A program made the translations under genes and the position numbers. 64,000 bases of DNA from Acutalibacteraceae bacterium (lineage in GTDB: Bacteria; Bacillota; Clostridia; Oscillospirales; Acutalibacteraceae): positions 9,826 to 73,825 of the forward strand of contig JAZNTU010000046.1 in NCBI GenBank assembly GCA_045591945.1. The letters run 5' to 3'. Below, in pieces: positions 18,256 to 28,117 of this stretch. Numbering within the stretch: position 1 is the first letter of the stretch; the number at the start of each line of letters is the position of its first letter. Under the pieces are notes generated by a model that did no database searches, was not told the origin of the DNA, and worked only from the letters and a program-made list of their open reading frames with translations.

Positions 18256-18750
18256 TCAGCCGTTGTATTTTTCTTCTATTGCTGCATTTTTAGAAAGGAC
18301 TGTAGCTGTATCCCTTGCTCTTTTTTCTGCAAGCTTTTTCTCCAAAGACTCATCTGAAAGAGAGAGCATTTCAATTGCAAGTAAAGCTGCATTTGCTGCA
18401 CCGTCTATTGCAACAGTTGCAACAGGAATGCCTGACGGCATCTGTACAGTGGAAAGGAGTGCCTCCATACCACCCAGGTTTTGAGATTTAATTGGAATAC
18501 CGATAACAGGCAAGGTTGTGTTAGCGGCAATAGCACCTGCAAGGTGTGCTGCCATACCTGCAGCGGCAATAATTACGCCGAAGTCGTTTGCACGAGCATT
18601 TTCAGAAAACTCTTTTGCCTGAATAGGTGTTCTGTGTGCTGAAAACACGTGTACTTCAAATGGTACCTCAAATTCCTTTAAGGTGTTGATTGCTTTTTCT
18701 ACTACGGGTAAGTCGCTATCGCTACCCATTATGATTCCAACTTTTTTCAT
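18256..18750 (-). CDS. purE: 5-(carboxyamino)imidazole ribonucleotide mutase
   Basis: 164 aa. VGIIMGSDSDLPV, followed by AAGMAAHLAG. Confidence 0.95.
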   Translation of the reverse strand: MKKVGIIMGSDSDLPVVEKAINTLKEFEVPFEVHVFSAHRTPIQAKEFSENARANDFGVIIAAAGMAAHLAGAIAANTTLPVIGIPIKSQNLGGMEALLSTVQMPSGIPVATVAIDGAANAALLAIEMLSLSDESLEKKLAEKRARDTATVLSKNAAIEEKYNG

Positions 18751-18773
18751 TTCAAAATCTCCTCTATATAACT

Positions 18774-18905
18774 AAAAAAGATATAAGAGCGCACTTATCC
18801 AGCAGAACAAGTGCGCCCAGACGGTCGGCTTTAAGGTCATTTTTACTGTTCCTATTTCCCTGTGGTAAGCTCCACATAATCCGTCAGTCATAGGGTGACC
18901 TTTAA
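18774..18905 (-). ncRNA. ZTP (pfl-motif) riboswitch with intrinsic-terminator expression platform, leader of the pur operon
   Basis: The minus-strand RNA reads GGUCA-CCCUAUGACUGACGG-AUUAU-GUGG-AGCUUA-CCAC-AGGGAAAU...UGACC-UUAAAG-CCGACCGUCUGGGCGC. This matches the conserved UGACUGGCG, CCACCGGGGA and CCGCCUGGGC blocks. The pseudoknot pair covaries (GACGG/CCGUC). The terminator is GCGCACUU (18809-18816) / AAGUGCGC (18789-18796) plus a U6 run (18774-18779), and it overlaps the CUGGGCGC pseudoknot strand. Confidence 0.8.
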
Positions 18906-18912
18906 CACCTTA

Positions 18913-18941
18913 ATTTTACCATACGGCTAAAACTGAGTCAA
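18913..18941 (-). promoter_or_regulatory. sigma-A promoter of the pur operon
   Basis: On the minus strand: TTGACT (18936-18941), a 17-nt spacer, then TGGTAAAAT. The extended -10 places TAAAAT at 18913-18918. It sits just upstream of the riboswitch P1. Confidence 0.6.
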
Positions 18942-19002
18942 GGCACGAAAGGTATAATAATATACCTATTAAATGCTCTTAATATAGTTAAATTGCCATC
19001 TT

Positions 19003-19419
19003 TTATTTTGCCTGTGTTTCACAGTAGATGCAACGGTAAATTCCTCTATCCTTATCGGTTAATTTGAATATGTGATTTAACTCCTGCTCCGTTGTAGTTA
19101 TGCAACGGGGATTTTTACACTTAATAACGTTCGTAAGGGTTTCAGGAAGCTCAAGCACCTTTTTTTCAACAAGCCTGCCATCACGAATAATGTTGACTGT
19201 TGCGCCCGGGTCCACATAGCCGATAACGTCAATATCAAGCTCTATAGCCTCATCAATTTTAATAATATCCTTCTTACAACGCTTATGGCTGTTTACATTA
19301 CGGATAATTGCAACGGGGCACTCAAGATTATCGAGCCCTAAAAGCTCGTAAATACGCATTCCTCTGCCTGCTATAATATGGTCAATAACGTAGCCGTTTG
19401 TAATAGCATCTATATTCAT
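19003..19419 (-). CDS. pyrI: aspartate carbamoyltransferase regulatory subunit
   Basis: 138 aa with the C-terminal zinc motif CKNPRCIT...YRCIYC. Confidence 0.95.
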   Translation of the reverse strand: MNIDAITNGYVIDHIIAGRGMRIYELLGLDNLECPVAIIRNVNSHKRCKKDIIKIDEAIELDIDVIGYVDPGATVNIIRDGRLVEKKVLELPETLTNVIKCKNPRCITTTEQELNHIFKLTDKDRGIYRCIYCETQAK

Positions 19420-20336
19420 CTGCCTGCCTCCTCCAACAATTTAAGAATAAGCGCCATACGGATATATTTACCGTTGAGCACCTGCTTAAAGTAGCAGGCT
19501 CTCGGGTCATCATCCACTGCAACGGAAATTTCGTTAACACGTGGAAGAGGATGCATTATAGACAAGGACTGCTTTGCACTCTTAAGCTTTTTAGGGGTTA
19601 AAATGTAGCTATCCTTAAGTCTGAGGTAATCCTCCTCATTAAAGAATCTTTCACGCTGAACACGAGTCATATAAAGAATATCAAGCTCAGGCATTACGCT
19701 TTCAAGGTCTGTTGTTTGTTCGTAAGGGATACCGTTTCTTTGAAGAACGTCCTTTTTAATGTAGCTTGGGAGCTTAAGCTCCTCAGGTGAAATTAAAATA
19801 AACTTAAGGCCTGTGTACCTTGATAATGCACTTATAAGTGAATGAACCGTTCTGCCGAATTTAAGGTCACCACAAAAGCCTACTGTAAGGTTATCAAACC
19901 CACCCTTTTCACGGCTAATAGTGAGAAGATCTGCAAGTGTTTGTGTTGGGTGGTTGTGGCCACCATCACCTGCATTAATAACAGGTATGCTTGCACTTTG
20001 GGCAGCAACAAGTGGTGCACCCTCTTTAGGATGACGCATTGCAATAATATCTGCATAGCAGCTGATTGTTTTTGCTGTATCGGAAACACTTTCGCCCTTA
20101 GCGGCAGAGGAGCTGTTTGCCTCTGAAAAGCCTATAACACTACCACCTAACTCAAGCATTGCTGCTTCAAAGCTAAGGCGTGTTCTTGTAGATGGCTCAA
20201 AGAAAAGCGTTGCAAGCTTTTTCCTTTTGCAGCTTTCTGCATATTTATCGGGATTGGCGATAATATCATTCGCAAGAACTATAAGCTCATCAATTTCTTC
20301 AGTTGTGAAATCTAAAATATCAATAAGACTTCTCAT
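19416..20336 (-). CDS. pyrB: aspartate carbamoyltransferase catalytic subunit
   Basis: 306 aa with the motifs STRTR, HPTQ and HPLPR. Confidence 0.97.
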   Translation of the reverse strand: MRSLIDILDFTTEEIDELIVLANDIIANPDKYAESCKRKKLATLFFEPSTRTRLSFEAAMLELGGSVIGFSEANSSSAAKGESVSDTAKTISCYADIIAMRHPKEGAPLVAAQSASIPVINAGDGGHNHPTQTLADLLTISREKGGFDNLTVGFCGDLKFGRTVHSLISALSRYTGLKFILISPEELKLPSYIKKDVLQRNGIPYEQTTDLESVMPELDILYMTRVQRERFFNEEDYLRLKDSYILTPKKLKSAKQSLSIMHPLPRVNEISVAVDDDPRACYFKQVLNGKYIRMALILKLLEEAGR

Positions 20337-20372
20337 ATGTATTTCCCTTTCTTTGGAATAAGGTAAAGGATT

Positions 20373-21029
20373 TTATTCTTTAGCACCATTTACTTCGAGA
20401 TATTTTTTGATTCTTTCAACGTTTTCACGGTTGCTTTCATCTTCCTCCAAGTATTCGATAATATCGTAAACGTCAACAACAGAATATACAGGGAAGCCGT
20501 ACTCCTCGCCAACCTCTGCCATAGCTGATTTTTCTGTTTGACCTTTTTCCTTACGGTCAACCATTACGAAGGTTGCAGCAACCTTTGTACCCTTAAGACC
20601 TGAAAGGATAGCCATGCTTTCACGGATAGCTGTACCTGCTGTAATAACGTCCTCAACAATAACGATTTCTTCGCCCTCTTGTGGCTTATAGCCTACAAAA
20701 ACGCCGCCCTCACCGTGGTCTTTTTCTTCTTTACGGTTAAAGAAGAACGGAACGTCAAGTCCATTTTTTGCAAGGGCTACTGCAACGGAAACAGCAATCG
20801 GAATACCCTTGTATGCAGGACCGTAGAGAACTGTTTTTTTGTTTCCTACCTTTTCAAAATATGCCTTTGCATAAAATTCGCCTAATTTGCAAATCTGTTC
20901 GCCTGTTTTTATATCACCTGCATTGATGAAGTAAGGAATTTTTCTACCACTCTTTGCAGTGAAATCACCAAATTTAAGAACGCCTGCGCTCTCTAAAAAC
21001 TGTATAAACTCTCTTTTGTAGCTTTCCAT
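20373..21029 (-). CDS. pyrE: orotate phosphoribosyltransferase
   Basis: 218 aa with the PRPP-binding motif IVIVEDVITAGTA. Confidence 0.95.
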   Translation of the reverse strand: MESYKREFIQFLESAGVLKFGDFTAKSGRKIPYFINAGDIKTGEQICKLGEFYAKAYFEKVGNKKTVLYGPAYKGIPIAVSVAVALAKNGLDVPFFFNRKEEKDHGEGGVFVGYKPQEGEEIVIVEDVITAGTAIRESMAILSGLKGTKVAATFVMVDRKEKGQTEKSAMAEVGEEYGFPVYSVVDVYDIIEYLEEDESNRENVERIKKYLEVNGAKE

Positions 21030-21058
21030 TATATTAAATCTCCTTTAACATTTAATAA

Positions 21059-21760
21059 TTAATCACAAAACTCTGCTACACATCTGTTATATGCTGCAAC
21101 CGGGTCCTCGGCTGCAGTAATTGGTCTGCCTACAACGATGTAATCGGAGCCGATTTCTTTAGCCTGTGCAGGTGTCATAACACGCTTTTGGTCGCCTATA
21201 TCACCATCTGCAAAGCGTACACCGGGAGTGATTGTAAGAAATTCGCTACCACAGGTTTCGTGCACCTTGCCTGCCTCAAGTGGTGAGCAAACTACACCGT
21301 CAAGTCCTGCAAGCTTTGCATTGTGTGCATAGTGCATAACAACCTTATCAATAGGCTCTTTAATAAGCAAATCATTTTCCATTGACTCCTGGTCTGTAGA
21401 AGTAAGCTGTGTTACAGCAATAAGGAGTGGTCTTGTGCCGTCAGGTCTTGTAAGGCCTTCAAGTGCTGCCTCCATCATACGGATTGTGCCTGATGCGTGA
21501 AGGTTTGTGATATCAACGTCAAGGTTTGATAAAACTGACATTGATTTTTTTACTGTGTTTGGAATATCGTGAAGCTTAAGGTCAAGGAAAATCTTATGAC
21601 CTCTCTTTTTAATTTCTCTTACAATTTGTGGGCCTTCTGCATAGAAAAGCTCCATACCAATTTTTACAAAAGGCTTTCTGCCACCTTCGAATTTATCAAG
21701 AAATTCATATACTTTTTCCGCGCTCGCAAAGTCGCAAGCAACGATTACGTCTTTACCCAT
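21059..21760 (-). CDS. pyrF: orotidine 5'-phosphate decarboxylase
   Basis: 233 aa. VIVACDF, followed by FLDLKLHDIPNT. Confidence 0.95.
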   Translation of the reverse strand: MGKDVIVACDFASAEKVYEFLDKFEGGRKPFVKIGMELFYAEGPQIVREIKKRGHKIFLDLKLHDIPNTVKKSMSVLSNLDVDITNLHASGTIRMMEAALEGLTRPDGTRPLLIAVTQLTSTDQESMENDLLIKEPIDKVVMHYAHNAKLAGLDGVVCSPLEAGKVHETCGSEFLTITPGVRFADGDIGDQKRVMTPAQAKEIGSDYIVVGRPITAAEDPVAAYNRCVAEFCD

Positions 21761-21886
21761 TTTTATCTATTCCTTTCTTAGAAGCATTTAAAGCTTAAAA
21801 GAAAATTGTTCACAGTAAGTTTTATTGCGAGTGGTGCTGTACAAAGGTACTGCCCCGAGCAAAAAACACTCTGTGGGCAATTTTAC

Positions 21887-22801
21887 TTAAGCTTTTACTC
21901 CTCCTATTATTTCTGAAAGATTATTTATTCCGTACTTATCCATAACCCTTGGCAAATCTTCAATGATTGTTTTACAAGCCATTGGGTCAATAAGGTTTGC
22001 AGCGCCTACCTCAACTGCAGTTGCACCTGCAAGCATAAGCTCAACAACATCCTCTGCAGTTGTTACGCCACCCATACCTACAACAGGTATATTAACAGCG
22101 TTTGCAACCTGATAAACCATTCTAACTGCAACAGGGAAAATAGCGCTACCTGAAAAGCCACCCATTTTATTTGCAATAACAGGCTTTTTGGTTTTAAGGT
22201 CTATTCGCATACCTAAAAGTGTGTTTATAAGGCTGATACCGTCTGCGCCTGCCTGCTCGCAAGCCTTTGCTATTGCAACAATATCTGTTACGTTTGGTGA
22301 AAGCTTAATTATAACAGGCTTAGTTGTAACTGCTTTAACTGCAGCTGTAACCTCTGCTGCTGCCTCGGGGTTTGTGCCGAAGCTCATACCACCACCGTGT
22401 ACGTTAGGACAGCTTACGTTAACCTCAAGCCAGCCTACCTGCTCCTCTTTATCAAGCATTTGGCAGGTGTATGCATAATCCTCTACAGCAAAGCCGCTAA
22501 CGTTTGCCATAACCTTTTTATTAAAGCATTTGCTAAGTTTTGGAAGCTCCTCGGAGATAACCTTTTCAACACCAGGGTTTTGAAGGCCTACTGCATTTAT
22601 CATACCTGCAGTACACTCTGCAATACGTGGTGTGGGGTTACCAAAGCGAGGGTCCTTTGTTGTACCCTTAAAGGAGAAGGTACCAAGCATATTTATATCG
22701 TAAAGCTCGGCAAACTCGTAGCCGTAGCCGAAGGTACCACTTGCAGGGATTATTGGGTTATCTAACTCTATACCACAAAGGTTTACACTTAATCTGCCCA
22801 T
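21887..22801 (-). CDS. pyrD: dihydroorotate dehydrogenase B, catalytic subunit
   Basis: 304 aa class-1B DHOD (NPIIPASGTFGYG, SCPN). It overlaps the end of pyrK. Confidence 0.95.
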   Translation of the reverse strand: MGRLSVNLCGIELDNPIIPASGTFGYGYEFAELYDINMLGTFSFKGTTKDPRFGNPTPRIAECTAGMINAVGLQNPGVEKVISEELPKLSKCFNKKVMANVSGFAVEDYAYTCQMLDKEEQVGWLEVNVSCPNVHGGGMSFGTNPEAAAEVTAAVKAVTTKPVIIKLSPNVTDIVAIAKACEQAGADGISLINTLLGMRIDLKTKKPVIANKMGGFSGSAIFPVAVRMVYQVANAVNIPVVGMGGVTTAEDVVELMLAGATAVEVGAANLIDPMACKTIIEDLPRVMDKYGINNLSEIIGGVKA

Positions 22802-23526
22802 AAAATCTCCTCCTTTTCAAGCACAGGACCATCCTTGCAAATACGCTTATAGCCCGAAATTGTTTTACAGGAGCAGCCCATACAAGCACCAAAACCACAG
22901 CCCATTCTTTCTTCAAAGCTGAACTGACCACTTGTGGTAGCTGCCTTGTAAAGTGCTTTAAGCATTGGCTCAGGTCCACAGGTGTAGAAATAAGTGTAAT
23001 CTATTTCTTTAAGTGCATCTGTAACGAAGCCCTTTATGCCGTAGGAGCCATCTACAGTAGTTACGTAAACCTTTGCACCAAGTGCCTTAAAATCTTCCTC
23101 GTAGAAAATTTCATCCTTAGTGTTAAAGCCCAATATAACGCTAACCTCTTTACCCTGTGCAATAAGCTTTTTGCAAAGCATATAAAGAGGTGGAACACCT
23201 ACGCCACCACCTAAAAGCACCGGTTTTTCACCTGAAACGGTGGTGTTGTAGCCGTTACCAAGGCCTGTGAGAATATCTAATTTCTCCCCAACCTGCATTT
23301 TAGACATTTGCTCTGTGCCCTTACCTACAACCTTGTAAACAAGAGTAAGCACGCCGTTTTCACTGACGCACACAGAAATAGGTCTGCGAAGGTAGAGGCC
23401 GTCTAATTTAATATTTACAAACTGACCGGGAGCTGTGATATCACTTACATCTCCCGACAGCTTCATTTTGAAAACTGTTTCAGTAAGCTGAACGTTTTCG
23501 GTAATTGTAAAAATACTTTGTTTCAT
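22789..23526 (-). CDS. pyrK: dihydroorotate dehydrogenase B, electron-transfer (FAD/2Fe-2S) subunit
   Basis: 245 aa with the motif RRPIS and the C-terminal Cys cluster CGFGACMGCSC. Confidence 0.95.
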   Translation of the reverse strand: MKQSIFTITENVQLTETVFKMKLSGDVSDITAPGQFVNIKLDGLYLRRPISVCVSENGVLTLVYKVVGKGTEQMSKMQVGEKLDILTGLGNGYNTTVSGEKPVLLGGGVGVPPLYMLCKKLIAQGKEVSVILGFNTKDEIFYEEDFKALGAKVYVTTVDGSYGIKGFVTDALKEIDYTYFYTCGPEPMLKALYKAATTSGQFSFEERMGCGFGACMGCSCKTISGYKRICKDGPVLEKEEILWAD

Positions 23527-23537
23527 TTTTTTATTCC

Positions 23538-26500
23538 TTATGCATCAATTGTTGAAATTGTAATTGTTGATTCCTCAAGAGCATCAAGAAGCACACGAAC
23601 TGTATCAAGCGCTGTAAATATGTTTACGTTGTTTTCGATAGCATAGCGACGGATAAGAAGACCATCGTTAGCTTCACCTGTTGCGCTGATATCCTTTGTA
23701 TTGATAACGTATGCAATATGACCCTGACGAAGAGCATCAGCAACCTCATCGCTACCCTCGGAGAGCTTTTTGAGAACGTGAGTTCTTATGCCGTGCTTTT
23801 TAAGGAAGTTTGCAGTACCCTCTGTAGCCTGAATGTTAAAGCCGAGGTTGTAGAAGCGACGGATGAGAGGAAGTGCCTCTTCCTTATCGGAATCTGCAAT
23901 TGTTGCAAATACAGTACCGTAATTCTGAAGGTGCATACCTGATGCCTGAAGAGCTTTATAAAGTGCTCTGTTAAGCTTGTTATCGTAACCGATTGCTTCA
24001 CCTGTTGATTTCATTTCAGGTGAAAGGTAAGCATCAAGGCCACGAATCTTGTTGAATGAGAATACAGGAACCTTTACGTACCAACGTTTTTTCTCTGTTG
24101 GGTAGATATCGAATATACCCTGCTCCTTAAGGCTCTTACCCATAATAACCTCTGTTGCAATATCTGCAAGGGAGTAGCCTGTTGCCTTTGAAAGGAAAGG
24201 AACTGTTCTTGATGAACGAGGGTTAACCTCGATAATATAAACATCATCGTGCTCATCAACGATGAACTGAATGTTGTAAAGACCTACAATACCGATGCCA
24301 AGGCCAAGCTTTTTAGCGTATTGAAGAATGATGCCCTTAACCTTATCGGAAATACTGAAGGAAGGATAAACGCTGATTGAGTCACCTGAGTGAACACCTG
24401 TTTTTTCAACAAGCTCCATAATACCCGGAACAAATACGTCTCTGCCATCGCAGATAGCATCAACCTCAACCTCTTTACCCTGAATGTATTTATCAACAAG
24501 AACAGGCTTGTCTACGTCGATTTCAACAGCAGTTTTAAGGTAGTGGCGAAGCTGCTCCTCGTTAGCAACAATCTGCATAGCTCTGCCACCAAGCACAAAG
24601 CTTGGGCGAACAAGCACAGGGTAGCCTATATCTGCTGCAGCTGCAATACCATCTTCAAGGTTTGTAACTGCCTTACCCTTTGCACGAGGAATATTAAGCT
24701 CGTTAAGAAGGTTTTCGAATGCATTACGGTCCTCTGCACGGTCAATAGCAGCACAATCTGTACCGATGATTTTTATACCACGGTCGTGAAGTGGCTGTGC
24801 AAGGTTAATAGCTGTTTGACCACCGAGAGATGCTACAACGCCCTCAGGCTTTTCAAACTCAACGATGTTCATAACGTCTTCAGGAGTAAGTGGCTCGAAA
24901 TAAAGCTTATCGGCTGTAGTGTAGTCTGTAGAAACAGTTTCGGGGTTATTGTTGATGATAATAGCCTCGTAGCCTGCGTTTTTAATAGTCATAACTGCGT
25001 GAACGGTTGAGTAGTCGAATTCAACACCCTGACCGATACGGATAGGACCTGCACCGAGAACGATAATCTTTTTCTTATTAGTAAGTCGAGAGGTATTTTC
25101 GCCTGTGTATGATGAGTAGAAATATGGAATATATGCGTTAGTGTGGCAGGTATCTACCATTTTGAATACAGGGAAAAGATTGTTTTCCTTACGCATATTG
25201 TAAACGTCGATTTCGTTACATTTCCAAAGGCGAGCGATATATTTATCGCTGAAGCCCATTTTCTTAGCAGCCTCAAGAATATCTACAGATTTATCAACAC
25301 GAAGCTTTTCTTCCATATCGATAATGTTTTTGATTGTTTCTAAGAAGAATGGTGTAATCATTGTTATTTCGTGAATCTTTTCAATTGAAACACCGTGGTA
25401 GATAAGCTCTGCAATAGCAAAGATATTATCTGAACGGAACTCTGAAATATATTCAAGAAGCTCCTCAACGCTCATATTATCGAACTTTGAAAGGTACATA
25501 TGATTGGCACCGATTTCGAGAGAACGAATACCCTTAAGGAGAGCCTCTTCAAGGTTAGAGCCGATACCCATAACCTCACCTGTAGCCTTCATCTGTGTGC
25601 CGAGTATATTAGTTGCAGATGCAAACTTATCGAATGGGAAGCGAGGAAGCTTTGCAATAACGTAGTCGAGCTTTGGCTCAAAGGCTGCGTTTGTATTAGC
25701 AATTTGAATTTCCTCAAGGGCCATACCAACTGCAATTTTTGCAGTAACACGTGCAATAGGATAGCCTGATGCCTTTGAAGCAAGTGCAGAGGAACGGGAA
25801 ACACGTGGGTTTACCTCAATAAGGTAATACTCTGATGTATGAGGGTTAAGAGCAAACTGAACGTTACAACCACCCTCGATTTTAAGCTCCTTAATAAGCT
25901 TAATAGCTGATTCGTTAAGCATTCTCTCATCTTCTTTTGAGAGAGTCATAATAGGAGCAACAACGCAGGAGTCACCTGTGTGAACACCTACAGGGTCGAT
26001 ATTTTCCATACCGCAGATTGTTATAGCGTGGTCGTTAGAGTCACGCATAACCTCAAACTCAATCTCTTTATAGCCCTTAACAGACTTCTCAATAAGAGCC
26101 TGGTGAACAGGAGAAAGCTTGAATGCATTTGTACCGATTTCGATAAGCTCCTCTTTATTGGAAGCGAAGCCACCACCTGTACCACCAAGGGTGAATGCAG
26201 GGCGAACAACTACAGGGTAACCGATTCTTTCTGCAGCCTCAATAGCCTCTTCAAGGCTATAGGTAATTTCTGAAGGGATAACAGGCTCGCCTATAGATTC
26301 GCAAAGCTCTTTGAAAAGCTCACGGTCCTCGGCGCGCTCAATAGATGCGCTTGATGTACCGAGAAGCTTTACCTCACACTCTTTAAGCACGCCCTTTTTC
26401 TCAAGCTGCATAGCAAGGTTAAGACCTGTCTGACCACCGATACCCGGAATAATAGCATCAGGACGCTCGTGACGGATAATTTTAGCCACGTATTCAAGTG

Positions 26501-26708
26501 TAAGTGGCTCCATATAAACCTTATCGGCAATAATGGTATCTGTCATAATAGTTGCAGGGTTTGAGTTTACAAGCACAACCTCGTAGCCCTCTTCTTTAAG
26601 TGCTAAGCAAGCCTGTGTACCTGCATAGTCAAACTCTGCAGCCTGTCCGATAACAATTGGACCTGAGCCGATAATTAATACCTTTTTGATGTCTGTTCTC
26701 TTTGCCAT
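23538..26708 (-). CDS. carB: carbamoyl-phosphate synthase large subunit
   Basis: 1056 aa with a duplicated ATP-grasp architecture. It starts KKVLIIGSGPIVIGQAAEFDYAGTQA. Confidence 0.97.
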   Translation of the reverse strand: MAKRTDIKKVLIIGSGPIVIGQAAEFDYAGTQACLALKEEGYEVVLVNSNPATIMTDTIIADKVYMEPLTLEYVAKIIRHERPDAIIPGIGGQTGLNLAMQLEKKGVLKECEVKLLGTSSASIERAEDRELFKELCESIGEPVIPSEITYSLEEAIEAAERIGYPVVVRPAFTLGGTGGGFASNKEELIEIGTNAFKLSPVHQALIEKSVKGYKEIEFEVMRDSNDHAITICGMENIDPVGVHTGDSCVVAPIMTLSKEDERMLNESAIKLIKELKIEGGCNVQFALNPHTSEYYLIEVNPRVSRSSALASKASGYPIARVTAKIAVGMALEEIQIANTNAAFEPKLDYVIAKLPRFPFDKFASATNILGTQMKATGEVMGIGSNLEEALLKGIRSLEIGANHMYLSKFDNMSVEELLEYISEFRSDNIFAIAELIYHGVSIEKIHEITMITPFFLETIKNIIDMEEKLRVDKSVDILEAAKKMGFSDKYIARLWKCNEIDVYNMRKENNLFPVFKMVDTCHTNAYIPYFYSSYTGENTSRLTNKKKIIVLGAGPIRIGQGVEFDYSTVHAVMTIKNAGYEAIIINNNPETVSTDYTTADKLYFEPLTPEDVMNIVEFEKPEGVVASLGGQTAINLAQPLHDRGIKIIGTDCAAIDRAEDRNAFENLLNELNIPRAKGKAVTNLEDGIAAAADIGYPVLVRPSFVLGGRAMQIVANEEQLRHYLKTAVEIDVDKPVLVDKYIQGKEVEVDAICDGRDVFVPGIMELVEKTGVHSGDSISVYPSFSISDKVKGIILQYAKKLGLGIGIVGLYNIQFIVDEHDDVYIIEVNPRSSRTVPFLSKATGYSLADIATEVIMGKSLKEQGIFDIYPTEKKRWYVKVPVFSFNKIRGLDAYLSPEMKSTGEAIGYDNKLNRALYKALQASGMHLQNYGTVFATIADSDKEEALPLIRRFYNLGFNIQATEGTANFLKKHGIRTHVLKKLSEGSDEVADALRQGHIAYVINTKDISATGEANDGLLIRRYAIENNVNIFTALDTVRVLLDALEESTITISTIDA

Positions 26709-26748
26709 TAGAGATGCCTCCTATATCTAAACTGAATTATTAACTGAT

Positions 26749-27978
26749 TTATTTTTGGTAAACTACTTTACCATCGCACACCGTAAGCACACACTCTGAT
26801 TTAACGGGAGTGTTTTCAAACGGAGTAGCCTTGCCCTTTGAAATAAAATCCTTTGATTTTATTTCAACAGCTTTTTCTAAATCCCACACCGTGTAATCTG
26901 TACCAAGTGGAATATTAAAGCGTTTACGTGGATTAATTGCTAAAAGCTCTATTAATTTTTCTAAGGTTATAACACCTGTTTCTACAAGGTTTGTGTACAT
27001 TATTTGGAAGGCTGTTTCTATACCTACTATACCGAAGGCGCTACCCTGAAGCCCTTTACTCTTTTCTTCGGCAGAGTGTGGGGCGTGGTCGGTAGCAATC
27101 ATATCTATGGTGCCATCCTTAATACCTTCTATAAGTGCTAATCTATCCGCTTCGCTACGAAGTGGTGGGTTCATTTTGAATGAGCCGCTTTCTTCAAGGT
27201 CGTTATCATCAAGCACAAGGTAATGCGGACCTGTTTCGCAGGTAACGTCTAACCCCTCCGCCTTTGCCCTTCGTATAAGCTCTACACTTTCTTTGGTTGA
27301 TATATGGCAAACGTGGTAGCTGCAGCCTGTTTCTTTTACAAGCTTTAAATCTCTTTCAATAGGTTTCCATTCGCTTTCGCTGCATATACCCTTGTGGCCG
27401 TGTGCCTTGCAATACTCACCATCGTGAATATAGCCACCAAAAAGAAGGCTGTTATCCTCACAATGGGCAACTATCATTTTGCCTAAGGCCTTTGCTTTAA
27501 GCATAGCCTCTCGCATAAGCTCCTCGGTCTGTATGCCCTTACCATCATCAGAAAAAGCAATTGCGCTTTGAGCCATACCTTCAAAATCGGAAAGCTCCTC
27601 ACCTTTTTGCCCTACTGTTATTGATGCATACGGGTAAACGTGAATTACCGATGTATTTTCTATAATTTCAAGCTGCCGGTTTAAATGCTCTGTACTATCG
27701 GGCACAGGGTTAAGGTTAGGCATTGTACACACTGCTGTGTAGCCTCCCCTTGCAGATGCCTTGCTACCTGTTTCGATAGTCTCTTTATAAGAAAAGCCCG
27801 GCTCACGAAAATGCACATGCACATCGCAAAAGCCGGGAAAAACAACATATTTAGGAGCATTAAAAACAGCAAGGGTATCAACAGAAAACAAATGAGCAGC
27901 AACTGCAGAATAAAACGGAGTCAATTCCGCTTGAGCTGCAGCAATGTTTATTGTTTTAGCCTTGAGTTGCTGTGTCAT
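26749..27978 (-). CDS. pyrC: dihydroorotase
   Basis: ORF 26749..28113. The ATG at 27978 is preceded by GAAGGGA. The motifs are DVHVHFREPG and a metal-binding DHAPH. The upstream in-frame codons run through a terminator hairpin. Confidence 0.9.
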   Translation of the reverse strand: MTQQLKAKTINIAAAQAELTPFYSAVAAHLFSVDTLAVFNAPKYVVFPGFCDVHVHFREPGFSYKETIETGSKASARGGYTAVCTMPNLNPVPDSTEHLNRQLEIIENTSVIHVYPYASITVGQKGEELSDFEGMAQSAIAFSDDGKGIQTEELMREAMLKAKALGKMIVAHCEDNSLLFGGYIHDGEYCKAHGHKGICSESEWKPIERDLKLVKETGCSYHVCHISTKESVELIRRAKAEGLDVTCETGPHYLVLDDNDLEESGSFKMNPPLRSEADRLALIEGIKDGTIDMIATDHAPHSAEEKSKGLQGSAFGIVGIETAFQIMYTNLVETGVITLEKLIELLAINPRKRFNIPLGTDYTVWDLEKAVEIKSKDFISKGKATPFENTPVKSECVLTVCDGKVVYQK

Positions 27979-27992
27979 AATGAATATCCCTT

Positions 27993-28027
27993 CAATAAAA
28001 AATAAAGCCTTGCTCCTTGGCAAGGCT
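27993..28027 (-). terminator. leader (attenuator) terminator immediately upstream of pyrC
   Basis: On the minus strand: AGCCUUGC (28020-28027), loop CAAGGA, GCAAGGCU (28006-28013), then UUUAUUUUUUAU. No gene lies upstream on this strand, so it sits inside the pyr leader. Confidence 0.55.
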
Positions 28028-28117
28028 GAACGCACAAAAGTACTGATACAGTCAACCTGTACCTGATATTTTACATTCATCTTACCGATATCTCGTATCG
28101 ATTTAAAGAGCAAAATA

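Noticed and set aside
21801-21880. A PyrR-binding anti-antiterminator call in the pyrD-pyrF gap and in the pyrC leader.
   Set aside because: There is only a loose resemblance (CACAGAGUG versus CCAGAGAGG), and no pyrR gene is in the window. I kept this as a low-interest finding rather than a feature.
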